Shown here: positions 1 through 9,700 of the stretch, piece after piece
How the letters are laid out: each line of letters begins with the position of its first letter
Numbering within the stretch: the stretch's first letter is position 1
Made by a program: the position numbers and the translations under genes
The notes under the pieces: generated by a model
Seen by the model: only the letters and a program-made list of their open reading frames with translations
What the model was told of the DNA's origin: nothing
The model's database searches: none
Assembly: GCA_038045185.1 (NCBI GenBank)
Contig: JBBSYO010000017.1
Coordinates: 1 to 51,156 of the forward strand
Direction of reading: 5' to 3'
Source of the DNA: Nanobdellota archaeon
Lineage (GTDB): Archaea > Nanobdellota > Nanobdellia > Pacearchaeales > GW2011-AR1
Length of the DNA: 51,156 nucleotides

Positions 1-50
1 ACATATGACTATTTAAACTTTGCGGAAGTTTTGGGACTGGATAGACTGAG

Positions 51-123
51 AGCCTCTGGAGGGAATTGAACCCCCAACCCTCAGTTTACAAAACTGATGC
101 TCTAACCATTGAGCTACAGAGGC
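51..123 (-). tRNA. tRNA-Thr(TGT)
   Basis: Reverse complement folds as a cloverleaf: GCCTCTG/CAGAGGC acceptor, anticodon arm TCAGT-TTTGTAA-ACTGA, T-loop TTCAATT. Confidence 0.95.
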
Positions 124-162
124 GTTACAAAAATATAGAGAAGGGCGTTAAAAAACTATCGT

Positions 163-726
163 TTATGACTTGGATGCTTCAGTCATCTTCTTTTCGGGGA
201 CGATTTCAAGGATGCGGATTTCGCAGAAGGCAAGAGGATAAACTTTCTTGAGCTTGTAGGCCAGTTCTTTTTGAATCTTGTTTGCAGTCACGTCTGAGAA
301 TATCTCTTCAGCCGAGCGGACTTTGCAGTAACCTTCAATAAATTTGTGCGCTGTTTCTCGCAGTTCGTTTCTTATAGCGCGAGAGACGCGACGTCGTGTG
401 AGAAGAAATGGCTTTATTCTAATGCGTGCGTCCTTGCAGTCAAGCTCGAACGAATCCTCGATATAATCGGTGCCCTTGCGGATTGCTTTGCGCAGGTAAC
501 TTCCGAGCAGTTCGAGTGAGATGGGTGTGCTTTCGAGGGCACCGTTATTGTTGTGTATCTTGGCGCGCAGCTCAAGACTTTTGCCACGAAGGCTTTTCGT
601 CAGGTCGATTTTGACTACTTGGTTTTCAAACTGTTCGACTGTATGACCGTAGACATGCACCTTTGCTGCGGTGAGGGGGACGCTCACTTCAAAAAACTTT
701 TTACGAACGCTTTTTATCTGTGCCAT
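163..726 (-). CDS. rps3ae: 30S ribosomal protein S3Ae (eS1)
   Basis: Basic 187 aa protein with RKGTDYIEDSF and KKVYPLAFCEIR motifs typical of archaeal S3Ae. Confidence 0.9.
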   Translation of the reverse strand: MAQIKSVRKKFFEVSVPLTAAKVHVYGHTVEQFENQVVKIDLTKSLRGKSLELRAKIHNNNGALESTPISLELLGSYLRKAIRKGTDYIEDSFELDCKDARIRIKPFLLTRRRVSRAIRNELRETAHKFIEGYCKVRSAEEIFSDVTANKIQKELAYKLKKVYPLAFCEIRILEIVPEKKMTEASKS

Positions 727-727
727 G

Positions 728-1057
728 TTATTTTGCTATTTTTTCTCCTATTTCCAAGCGGGATGTGCGAATGCTCTTTTTAATTCCTTTTGATTTTTTG
801 CATGTCGTGCAGGTGTAGAGGATGCCGAGACGCTTGGTTGATTTGGATTTACGCTTCCAGCTTTTAATTGGCGGCTTAGAGAATCTGCCTAAATTTCCGT
901 AGCCGACACCCTGGCCTCTTAATTTAGCCCGAGAACGCGACCATCGCGACATGGGGTGCGCAGATGAACGGCCTTTTTGCTTGGCGGCTGCGATTGTCTG
1001 GCTAGTATGTTTCTTACAATAAGGGCAGTATCGTGTTACTTTCTGTGGTAGTTTCAT
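728..1057 (-). CDS. rpl44e: 50S ribosomal protein L44e (eL42)
   Basis: MKLPQKVTRYCPYCKKHT...YTCTTCKK zinc ribbon. Start placed at the MKLP ATG (1057). Confidence 0.92.
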   Translation of the reverse strand: MKLPQKVTRYCPYCKKHTSQTIAAAKQKGRSSAHPMSRWSRSRAKLRGQGVGYGNLGRFSKPPIKSWKRKSKSTKRLGILYTCTTCKKSKGIKKSIRTSRLEIGEKIAK

Positions 1058-1167
1058 TATGTGCAGGAGATAAGCGTTCGCCGCAGCGGTCTGCATGCAT
1101 ACGGGTTGTTACGCTTCTTACGCAGGGAAAAAGAGGTTTTTAAATGTTCTGAGAGTGTTCGGAAAAC

Positions 1168-1419
1168 TTAATGTCTTCGATATCCCACAACTTTATCGCC
1201 GTGGTAGATGGGAACTTCGGTGGCTTTAGAGGATGAGCTTCTCCGGCGGGAGACGAATAATCCGCCGATGACGATTAGAACGATGCCGCCGATGATTAGA
1301 TAGAGTTCAGTGATTTGTGCGGGAAGCGCGATGCCAATGAGTGTGCGAACATAGGCATAACTGAAAGCTATGGCTGCTATGCCGAACGCTACAAGAATAT
1401 AACCCAAACCTCTTCGCAT
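1168..1419 (-). CDS. small two-TM membrane protein
   Basis: Two hydrophobic helices and a C-terminal EVPIYHGDKVVGYRR. TATA-like TTTATATA lies about 25 bp upstream. Confidence 0.7.
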   Translation of the reverse strand: MRRGLGYILVAFGIAAIAFSYAYVRTLIGIALPAQITELYLIIGGIVLIVIGGLFVSRRRSSSSKATEVPIYHGDKVVGYRRH

Positions 1420-1611
1420 ATTTTAGGAAAGTGCTTGCGGTATATAAATCTCACGGCAGCTGTTGATACCCCTTCTTGTCTTGGGTGCTTCTGTCGGGCT
1501 TGCGTTTACGGTTTGACAATCGATTTTCCTGCTTTTTCCTTATACTGAGAAAATTATGCGCGCGTACCCTGTCTACTTTAATTCGTCAGAAAGAGCGCCT
1601 AATTTTCACGG

Positions 1612-1684
1612 TGCAAGCAACTTTCTTAAAAAGGAAAGTTGCTGCACAGAGAATTGAAACATTTAATCAATTCTCTTGTGCTCA
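1612..1684. repeat. palindromic module pair, inverted copy of part of the 38337-38559 composite
   Basis: 1639-1684 is the reverse complement of 38381-38426 with one mismatch. It is preceded by the hairpin AGCAACTTTC..GAAAGTTGCT. Confidence 0.9.
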
Positions 1685-1862
1685 ATAACCACAACAACAC
1701 GCAACTTACTTTAGGACTTACCTTAAAATAAAGTAGCAAATTTTAGGGAGTTTTAAAGGAAAAATATGTCTAAAATTTAACAAGTTATTGTTAGGTTCGC
1801 CCTTAGTGAGTGGTTCTTGACACAAGACAAACAATTTTAAACTATTGGGCTACTGGTAGAGA

Positions 1863-2125
1863 ATGGGTGAAGAAAAAGAGGAGACGCATATTGCTATTTT
1901 TAATGGAAAGGTAATAAGAAGAAAATTGATCGGGGATAAATAGTATTTCTCGGTTGTTGATGTTGTAGGTGTTTTAAGTGAAAGTGAAGATCCAAATGAT
2001 TATTGGTACAGATTAAAAAAGAGAGAATCAGAAGCTAGCAAAACCCAGCTATCGACATTTTGTCGACAACTGAAGTTAAAATCTAGTGATGGAAAGGAGT
2101 ATGAAACGGACTGTGCCGATAAGAT
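1863..2125 (+). pseudogene. Bro-N domain (antirepressor-like) pseudogene
   Basis: Manual translation: MGEEKEETHIAIFNGKVIRRKLIGDK*YFSVVDVVGVLSESEDPNDYWYRLKKRE..LSTFCRQLKLKSSDGKEYETDCAD. TAG at 1941-1943 sits where Trp is expected, and the gene is truncated afterwards. Confidence 0.8.
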
Positions 2126-2279
2126 TCGTGCATATTTTAATCTAGTTGGCAGTTCCAATTTAAGACATATAGTCAGATTCCATGAACGTTTTTCAGAAAG
2201 CAATACCTTGTATCAAAAAGAAGTCGTTAATTACTACCAAAAACCTTTTTATAGGGATGTTGAGTTGCCTTTTAAGATT

Positions 2280-2350
2280 GGCCTTGTAGTATAATGGTAG
2301 AACGATCCCTTGACGTGGGATAGACCGCGGTCCGATTCCGCGCAGGGCCA
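2280..2350 (+). tRNA. tRNA-Val(GAC)
   Basis: GGCCTTG/CAGGGCC acceptor, anticodon arm ATCCC-TTGACGT-GGGAT, atypical T-loop TCCGATT. Confidence 0.9.
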
Positions 2351-2418
2351 TTTATATAATCGGGGATATTTTTTACATTGCATAAATTTGCGAAGCTTAG
2401 AATACTTTATAAATAAAT

Positions 2419-3117
2419 TTATTTTGTACAATAACAGACTAACTTATCTTTCTCACAAGTATTAGAAGAATAGTCCATACTTCTTTTGCCACAAATCTCT
2501 CTACAACTTTTTTGCTTCATATCAGATATTCCTTGAGATTCTCCTAATGCCTCTAAAGATGCACAACTCTTGTATATATCTTTCCAGAATCCATATTCAT
2601 CCATCTCAGATGGGACAAGACGAACTGTGCTAGAAGGTTGATAAATCTTTGAAGAGCCTATTTTGCTTGAATTAAAAAAAGAAAAGCTAAAATTTCCAAA
2701 TTTAACAGGATTGAAAGAATTAAATTTTACATTATCGTATGTAGAAGTTATATTCTCAATTACTTTATCTTGGCTGAAGAAAGCAAAGAGTAATAAAAGT
2801 ACTATACCAATTCCAATTAACAATTTTGTGCCATTATTAAATCCTCTAAACCAATATTTAAGATTTTTGCAAAGATGCCATCCCTTTCTTATTACAAAAA
2901 ATAATGTAGCCAAAAGAATAAGAGAACCAAATTTGATAAAGATAAGGGTGATTTGATTTAGCTTTTCAACATTATTATAAAGTATTAGAAGCACTAATAT
3001 GAAACCTATAAATTTAAGTAAGTCGTGAATAAATACCGTCTTATTTAGTTTGCTATGCGGGTGTTCCTTTTCTAAAAACCATTCTTTAAACCTGTCATAA
3101 AGATTAGGTTCTTTCAT
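2419..3117 (-). CDS. membrane protein with Cys-rich C-terminus
   Basis: Three TM segments and a C-terminal CREICG..C..VCYC. Lies directly downstream of 3119-4387. Confidence 0.75.
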   Translation of the reverse strand: MKEPNLYDRFKEWFLEKEHPHSKLNKTVFIHDLLKFIGFILVLLILYNNVEKLNQITLIFIKFGSLILLATLFFVIRKGWHLCKNLKYWFRGFNNGTKLLIGIGIVLLLLFAFFSQDKVIENITSTYDNVKFNSFNPVKFGNFSFSFFNSSKIGSSKIYQPSSTVRLVPSEMDEYGFWKDIYKSCASLEALGESQGISDMKQKSCREICGKRSMDYSSNTCEKDKLVCYCTK

Positions 3118-3118
3118 T

Positions 3119-4387
3119 TTAATAAATCATATTTGGGAAGTACTTAAAGGTAATGAAAAGTAAAACAGTAACTCCAACCAGAAACATGACAGTTCCCTTT
3201 TTATTTAGATTAGTAATGATGGCATAGACAAGTTTGACTGTGTTAGAGAATAGATAATAGTAAAATAATCCATTAATAACAACATAAAATAAATAATAGC
3301 CTCCTCCAATTCCATTATTCAGCAATTCTATTAAAGCAGAAAACCAATCTTGAACGCCACCAATAAATAAGTAGTGTAAAGAAAAGTTTTGATAATAGAC
3401 ATAATCCAATCCTAAACCAATCAAAAGAGCTATACAGAATTGAGTTAAGGCGCCTTTTATTTCAGAATCTAAACTAAACGAGAATAAGTGTCTAAAAAAT
3501 CTCTTTGTTTTATAAGATGTGTGGGAAGAATGAAATGATTTAGTAATTTTTCTTCCGTGAGGATTATACATTTCAACCTTTTCATCTTCTTCATCCCAAT
3601 AATTTGCTGTAGCTGGATAATTATCTTTTTCTTCATAGTCATAAGATTTGTGAATTTTAGTAGAAGGTGTATGCATAGAAGCATATCTTTTGCCCCTAGT
3701 TATCAATAATCTATCTAAAGCTTCTCCATACCTTTCATTTTGCTCTTTAGCCATTTTTTGAAAATGCTCATTGTATCCTATGCAAGGGTGAGCATTTTTG
3801 TTATTTGCTTCTTCTTGTAAATCTTGGGATAATTTATTATAATCGTTAAAATTCTTTAATCCAGCAGGTCTAGCTTTTATGTGTTCTGAACAAAAATATC
3901 GCTCACAATACTTACATTGCTCCAGTTTTCCTTTAGTATGTTCAGTAACTTGGAAATAATTACAATGTTTTTTGTCGGGCTTTGATGGTTTATGTTTAAT
4001 ATGTTTAATCTTTTGTAAGTCTGATTCGCTAAATGCCGTGATTCCTACACCTGTTGGCGGACGCCATGAAGAAGCCATTAATTCTTGGTGAGTATTATGA
4101 AAAGAATCGCTATGGTCTGGATGTTTAAGATGAGTAACTTCATGAGTAGCAGTTTCCATAATCTGCTCATCTGTGCGTTGTTCAAGCCTTCTCTCAGAAA
4201 TACAAATCATGTAATTATCATGGTGACAATGGGCTATTTCATCAGGGCTATATTGTTGATAAGGGCATTCCCAGAATTTAACAACAGGTTGTTTAACTCC
4301 TAATTTATCGGCTGATTCCATGACGGCTAACTTAAACTTTTTCTTCTTATCTTTCAAAAGACCTTCCTTAAAGTCTCTATTTTCCAT
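3119..4387 (-). CDS. zincin-like metallopeptidase domain + AN1-like Zn finger + C-terminal TM helices
   Basis: HEVTH (HExxH) motif, CKYCERYFCSEH and a hydrophobic C-terminus. Confidence 0.75.
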   Translation of the reverse strand: MENRDFKEGLLKDKKKKFKLAVMESADKLGVKQPVVKFWECPYQQYSPDEIAHCHHDNYMICISERRLEQRTDEQIMETATHEVTHLKHPDHSDSFHNTHQELMASSWRPPTGVGITAFSESDLQKIKHIKHKPSKPDKKHCNYFQVTEHTKGKLEQCKYCERYFCSEHIKARPAGLKNFNDYNKLSQDLQEEANNKNAHPCIGYNEHFQKMAKEQNERYGEALDRLLITRGKRYASMHTPSTKIHKSYDYEEKDNYPATANYWDEEDEKVEMYNPHGRKITKSFHSSHTSYKTKRFFRHLFSFSLDSEIKGALTQFCIALLIGLGLDYVYYQNFSLHYLFIGGVQDWFSALIELLNNGIGGGYYLFYVVINGLFYYYLFSNTVKLVYAIITNLNKKGTVMFLVGVTVLLFITFKYFPNMIY

Positions 4388-4437
4388 GATTGTATGAGGA
4401 ATATAATATCTTAAATCTTACGGATTTGCTTATTAAA

Positions 4438-4659
4438 TTACTTTTTGAAAATCGCCTTGTTTAACAATCTTTTCTTTACATTCTCTGTCAGATAAGCCGG
4501 CTTATTCTCTTTTGCCTTTTGTTTCATTGGATGCAAAGTACCTTTAGAGAAACCTAAGTCTTTCCATTTCTTATAAGAAATATTTAGAATTAACTTTCTT
4601 ACTTCTTCTGTGTCTTGTCTTTCAAGTTCAAATTCAGGCTTGGCGAAGTCAATCTTGTT
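4438..4659 (-). pseudogene. casposase (solo Cas1) C-terminal HTH fragment
   Basis: Manual translation: NKIDFAKPEFELERQDTEEVRKLILNISYKKWKDLGFSKGTLHPMKQKAKENKPAYLTENVKKRLL. Resembles the ISY..WK.LGFSKGTLH.MK..AK tail of euryarchaeal casposases (recalled, not searched). Preceded by an in-frame stop. Confidence 0.75.
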
Positions 4660-4754
4660 CTATTGCATTCACTTACTAACTAAATAACTAACTTATCAAG
4701 TTAGTAAGCAAGATTTATATATCTGGATTTGCTGGCTATAAGGAAAGGTGCGGG

Positions 4755-4889
4755 ATGAAAAAATATCTGCTTTTGATAGAGGATGAGAAGCTATGGGGAA
4801 GGTTTAAAGAGATTATAGAAAATGATATTAACAGCGAGCTTATTGAGCTTGTCAGGGAGAAAGTGAAACGGGGGCAGAAACATGAATAA
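4755..4889 (+). CDS. 44 aa protein, possible ribbon-helix-helix
   Basis: MKKYLLLIEDEKLWGRFKEIIENDINSELIELVREKVKRGQKHE; stop overlaps the start of 4882. Below the ORF-track cutoff. Confidence 0.6.
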   Translation: MKKYLLLIEDEKLWGRFKEIIENDINSELIELVREKVKRGQKHE

Positions 4890-6732
4890 AAGAGGGCAGG
4901 TAGCTATTTTTGTAATTATTGCGGTTGTGCTTGTTGGAGCTATACTTGTTGCTGTGGCTTTTCGTGAGCGTATTTTTACGAAGAGTGTGCCGAGCGAGCT
5001 GCAGCCTGTGTTTGATTATTATACTGCGTGTATTGAACAGGAAATGCGGGGAGCGATAGAACTTGCGGGTTTGCAGGGAGGAAGAATTGAGCTTGGTATT
5101 TATGAGCCGGGAAATGATTATGCACCTTTCTCTACGGAGTTGCAATTTTTAGGAACACGCGTGCCGTATTGGTCGCGTGTAAATGCACGAGGTAATTTTG
5201 TGCAGGATGTGCCGACACGTGTTGAGATGGCGAATGATATGGGGGGGTTTGTGAAAGACGGTTTGTCAAGATGTGACTTTAGCGCGTTTCGGGAGCAGGG
5301 ATTTGATGTGACTCTTGATGTTAGCGATGTGGATGTTAGTGTTGAAGATTCGCGTGTGAACGTGGATGTTAGCTCGCGTTTGAGTGTGAGCAAGGGAGAT
5401 GCTTCAGTGAGCCAGAGCAGCCAAAGTGCTGTTGTAGAGTCGCGTTTGGGGGCGATGCATACGCAGGCACTTTCGGTGTATAATAATGAACAGCAGGAGC
5501 TATTTCTGGAGAGGTATGCTGTTGATGTGCTAAGGAGTTATGCACCTGTTGACGGCGTGTCGGTGCGATGCAGTCCTGAAATCTGGCGCACGGCAGATGT
5601 TGTTCAGAATCTTACGGACGCGCTCGTGGCTAATATGGGCCAGATTCGTTTTGAGCGCACGAAACGTTCTGGGAGCGAGGGATACTTTACAGTGACTGGC
5701 GTTGGTGATGTGCCTGCGCGCATTGTGTATGCAGGCGAGTGGCCGCATAGAATTGAAATAACTCCTGCTTCGCAGACGCTGATGATAGCAGAGCCAGTTG
5801 GCAACGAGCCGGGCATGGGCATTCTGGGCTTCTGCTATGCGCCGTATCATTTTGTGTATGATATTAATTTTCCGGTAATGGTGCAGCTTTATGATGGCGA
5901 TGAAGTGTTTCAGTTTCCGCTTGTTGTTGTGGTAGATGATAACGTGGCTCGGGCATCTAGTGGAGGGGGTATAACTTTGGCGAATGATACAGATATCTGC
6001 AGTTTCAAGGAAGGAAATGTGCATGTGGAAAGTTACGACAATTCACTCAGGGCTGTTGAAGCATCTGTTCGCTATCAGTGTTTTGAGCAGGTGTGCGATG
6101 TTGGCGAGACTGAGATACGCGATGGTGTCGCTTCTCTTGATGCTGCTTTACCGGTGTGTGTGAATGGTCAATTGATTGCTGAGTCAGAAGGATATGTGCG
6201 TTCGAGTAAATTGTTTTCGTCTAATAGTGAGACGAGTGCAGAATTCATTCTTGAGAAGAGTTATCCGATGCGTGTGAATGTGAAGGTTGATGGGAGAGAT
6301 ATTGTTTTGGGGAGCAGTGCGATTGTGCATTTTACTAGTGTTGATGGAACGGCAAGCGCTTTGATACCTGAACAAAATTCTATTGAGTTGCATGAGGGAT
6401 ATTACAATGTGAGTGTGTTTGTGTATGGAAACTCGAGTGTGACTATTCCTGCTTCGAGCCGCCAAGAGTGCGTTAAGGTGCCGAGCGGAGGCATTGCTGG
6501 CTTGTTTGGAGCAACGCGCGAAAATTGTTTTGATGTTACATTGCCGGCTACAAATGTGGATTATGCATTGCGCGGAGGAGGCGTCGGCGCGAGTTATATT
6601 CTTGCTTCTGAGCTGGAAGATGGGATAATAAATTTGTATGTTGCTTCTTTGCTTGAACCGCGCTCGCTTGAGCAGCTGCAGACTAATTTTGAATTGTTTA
6701 ACTCAATGGATGTGGAGATGGATTTCGGATGA
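4882..6732 (+). CDS. large pilin-like / surface protein with class III signal peptide
   Basis: MNKRGQ|VAIFVIIAVVLV is an archaeal prepilin-peptidase-type leader. Beta-rich body with paired Cys. Confidence 0.8.
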   Translation: MNKRGQVAIFVIIAVVLVGAILVAVAFRERIFTKSVPSELQPVFDYYTACIEQEMRGAIELAGLQGGRIELGIYEPGNDYAPFSTELQFLGTRVPYWSRVNARGNFVQDVPTRVEMANDMGGFVKDGLSRCDFSAFREQGFDVTLDVSDVDVSVEDSRVNVDVSSRLSVSKGDASVSQSSQSAVVESRLGAMHTQALSVYNNEQQELFLERYAVDVLRSYAPVDGVSVRCSPEIWRTADVVQNLTDALVANMGQIRFERTKRSGSEGYFTVTGVGDVPARIVYAGEWPHRIEITPASQTLMIAEPVGNEPGMGILGFCYAPYHFVYDINFPVMVQLYDGDEVFQFPLVVVVDDNVARASSGGGITLANDTDICSFKEGNVHVESYDNSLRAVEASVRYQCFEQVCDVGETEIRDGVASLDAALPVCVNGQLIAESEGYVRSSKLFSSNSETSAEFILEKSYPMRVNVKVDGRDIVLGSSAIVHFTSVDGTASALIPEQNSIELHEGYYNVSVFVYGNSSVTIPASSRQECVKVPSGGIAGLFGATRENCFDVTLPATNVDYALRGGGVGASYILASELEDGIINLYVASLLEPRSLEQLQTNFELFNSMDVEMDFG

Positions 6733-9700
6733 AAGCTATATTTGCGTGGGGGCTGCTAGTTTGTGTGCTTATTCTCATGTCTGCGAGTGCGTTTGCGGCA
6801 ACGGGCTTTAGTGGTGTGCAGACAGGAAGCGCGCGATTTGTGCAGTATCAACAGTCTCCTGATTTGCAGCGTTATTATGGAAGCCAGCAGCAGGAATACT
6901 GGCCGATTTTGGGTAATACGAATGAAACGTGCCGTGCCCGGCAGGATTTGCTTATTCAGGTAGCGCCGATTGGGTGCCAGCCTGCGGTTGTGCGAAGTGA
7001 TTTGCTGGCAGAGCAGAACGTTCCTGTGTTTTGCCAGATTGACGCGCTGCGATTAAATCCTCTGCTCGACATAAAACAAATAAGGAGCATCGGCTTTTCC
7101 TCGCGTTCGTATCCTAAGGAAATATCTGGAGTGAGTTTTCATCCTGCGCGCGCTGCGCTTCGGACAAACAGCCAACTGCTTGGAGACCCGTTCTTGAATA
7201 ATATAGGGTATGCTGTTGTGCTATTGAAACGCGTGCCTAACGAGACTGGTCTGCCTGATTTTGTGAACTTTACTGTGCAAGCGCGCATAGAATACAATGC
7301 GAATAATGCTTTTGGCGTGGGCGAGAGTGTTATGCTACTTGAACCTGTTTCTGATGAAGAATGGTTGAGTGAGCGCAACAAAAATAGCTTTCTTAAGGGA
7401 AAATATTTTGTTAGACTTGAGTCTGTTGACGCGGAGCAGGCTGTTGTTTCATTTTATGAAGGAGACCGCCGTGTTAATCGTGTGACTGTACGACGCGGGG
7501 AAAAATCAAATAGTGGTTTGTATATCCCCGGGTCTTATTGTCAAGGCGAGGTGCGCGTGGTTTATGAGGGTTCGGAACTGCCTAAACCGAGTGTTCGCTT
7601 GCAAGTGGATGACGATGTGCTTTCGTTGTATGAAGGAGCGTCGTTTTTGAATAATAAATGCCGCGTGAATAAACTGCGTGCGAGCAATAGTTCTGGCGGC
7701 GAGGTTGAGATTTCGTGCGGGAGTGAGAAATTTGTTTTGAGGATTGCGCCTCGTGAATTGCAGAAAGGAGATAGCGTGTATCGCTTTGTGGATGGCGCTG
7801 TGAACACATCTGATGGCGTGTGGATTATTGATAATGTGAAGAAAGATAATTCTGGTGAGATAAACTATACTCTTAAGCAGAAAGACAAGTCGGATATAAT
7901 TATCAATGCAAATGAGGTGAGACCGGCTTCTGATGGGGTGTTGTATGAAGCAGAGCATTCAGGAGAGCTGAAGGTCGCTTATGACCATGCGATTGCACAG
8001 TATCAACGCGTGGCTGAGCTGTATCCTGATGAAAAATCTACTAAATCAGAACTTGAGGGAGTGAGCAGATTTGGGGAGTATGCGCTTTCTCGCGCGATTA
8101 GTTTGGCTGAACTGATGGGCAAGGAGCGCAGTGCTGTTGAGTTGATGAACAGTTATATTGGTAAATATCCTGATGGAGGGCGTGCTTCAGAATATGCGCT
8201 GACTTTGAATAGCCATTATCAGTATGACTTGCGCAATGCGGTGACTGTGGTTGATGTAGATGGGGCGACACCGAGCACACTACGACTCTTAAGTGTTGAG
8301 CAACCGCGCCAGACTTCGAGAGCAAGCTTCTCGTTTGCAGGACGACCAATTCCTGATGTTCCGCTTGGCGCGAGCATTACTCTTACTAATGGAAAAAATA
8401 TGACTCTTGATAAGATTGAGAAAGAAAGTGCTAGTGTGACTGTCTATTGTCCTGAGGAACGCAAGCGTTCTGTTTCTCTACGCCTTGATGAGACGCAGTC
8501 GTTGTGCGGGGGCGTGTTGAAACTTGAAGATGTTGAAAGCGCGTCTGTGGCGCGCATACGTTTGCTGCCTGGGTCGGTGCGCGGAGTCGGCATTGAGACA
8601 AATGTGACTATCGGTGTTGGCATTGAGAAGCGCGCGTTTAAACTGACGCCTGAAAAGACGAATGAACGTCTTGAAGAACTCAATAAGACGATTAAGCGAT
8701 GGGACCAGCTTTCCACTAATTTGGGAAATGTGGTTAAGGGCATGAAGGCTGCTTGCTTTGCTACTGCTGGCGTGCTAACTGTGAAGAATTTTGTGACTGG
8801 TTTAAGTGGAGAAGCGCTGGCGCGCAAGAATGTGATGCAGGGACCAAATGGTTGGACAGAATGGTGCGGAAAGGCAGTCAATGGGCAGATAGCTGGAGTT
8901 AGCTATGAAAGTGTTGGGCAGTGCTATTCTGCCAAGTCTGTGGATATACAACGCGATGTGGAGAGCATGACGCGCAAGATTGCCGCAGAAAATAAAAGAA
9001 TAAAAGATATTGAGTCAAGCTCTGACATTAGTTCGTCTGACGGTCTTTTCGGAGAACGAGTTGATGGCACAGCTGCTGCTGCGCGGTATGCGGATAGTTT
9101 TGATGCTTCAACGAAAAACACGCAAATAACCTTGGCGAATGGACAGAATAAAACTATTGGCGAGCTAACGAGCGAGCAGAACGAAAAGCGTTATGCTACG
9201 TATGAAGAGACCAAAGAGATGCAACTGTATGCTTCAGTGTTAAACGATGCTTCGAGTTCTAATGTTGCTAAGGATGCTGCGCGTGAGCGTTTGAAACGCG
9301 TTGGGGGATTGGTGAATGAGCGTGTTAATGTGCAGGGCTCGCGTGATAGCTGGTCGCAATCAGCAGGCACACAGGTTGAGATATTTACTTCTAAAGATTC
9401 TGTGAATGCGCATTATTATGGGCAGACTCTGGGGCAGAAGGACTATGGATTGAGTTTTGATGTGGCGAATAACTTATCTGCTGATACGCCTGTGCAAGTT
9501 GTTGGTGTGGAACAAAATGGAGTTGTGAAACCATATCTTGCGGTGCTGCAAGATTCTGGAGATGGAGTTTATGGGGCAAAGGAGTATTACGAATTGAATA
9601 AAGATACACTTCAAGTAACAAATAGTTCTCCTGTGTTTTTGCCTAACTCGCGCATCGGAACGTTCTCTAAACTGGACCAGACTACTTGTTTCAATAAAAT

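Larger units (their letters stand above)
2362..4668. mobile_element. probable casposon relic integrated at the tRNA-Val 3' end
   Basis: AT-rich block starting GGGGATAT after an 11-nt gap from the tRNA, carrying two cargo genes and a casposase-like C-terminal fragment. No right TIR, polB or full cas1 seen. Confidence 0.55.

Noticed and set aside
66-251. ORF-track ORFs overlapping tRNAs (also 2249-2431, 14418-14618, 27667-27858)
   Set aside because: They are chance reading frames across tRNA genes.
1929-2368. 10-bp direct repeat ATCGGGGATA on both sides of tRNA-Val
   Set aside because: The first copy lies within Bro-N codons, and the match is too short to separate from chance.
1941-4662. Amber (TAG) recoding, suggested by in-frame TAG in the Bro-N gene and before the casposase fragment
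   Set aside because: Conserved genes (glyS, Sm, scpB) end at TAG at their expected termini, and both cases are otherwise truncated pseudogenes.
4711-4723. ATTTATATATC as the second casposon target-site duplication
   Set aside because: It is only a partial, low-complexity match to 2350-2361, has no adjacent ATATCCCC TIR, and is equally explained as a TATA box.
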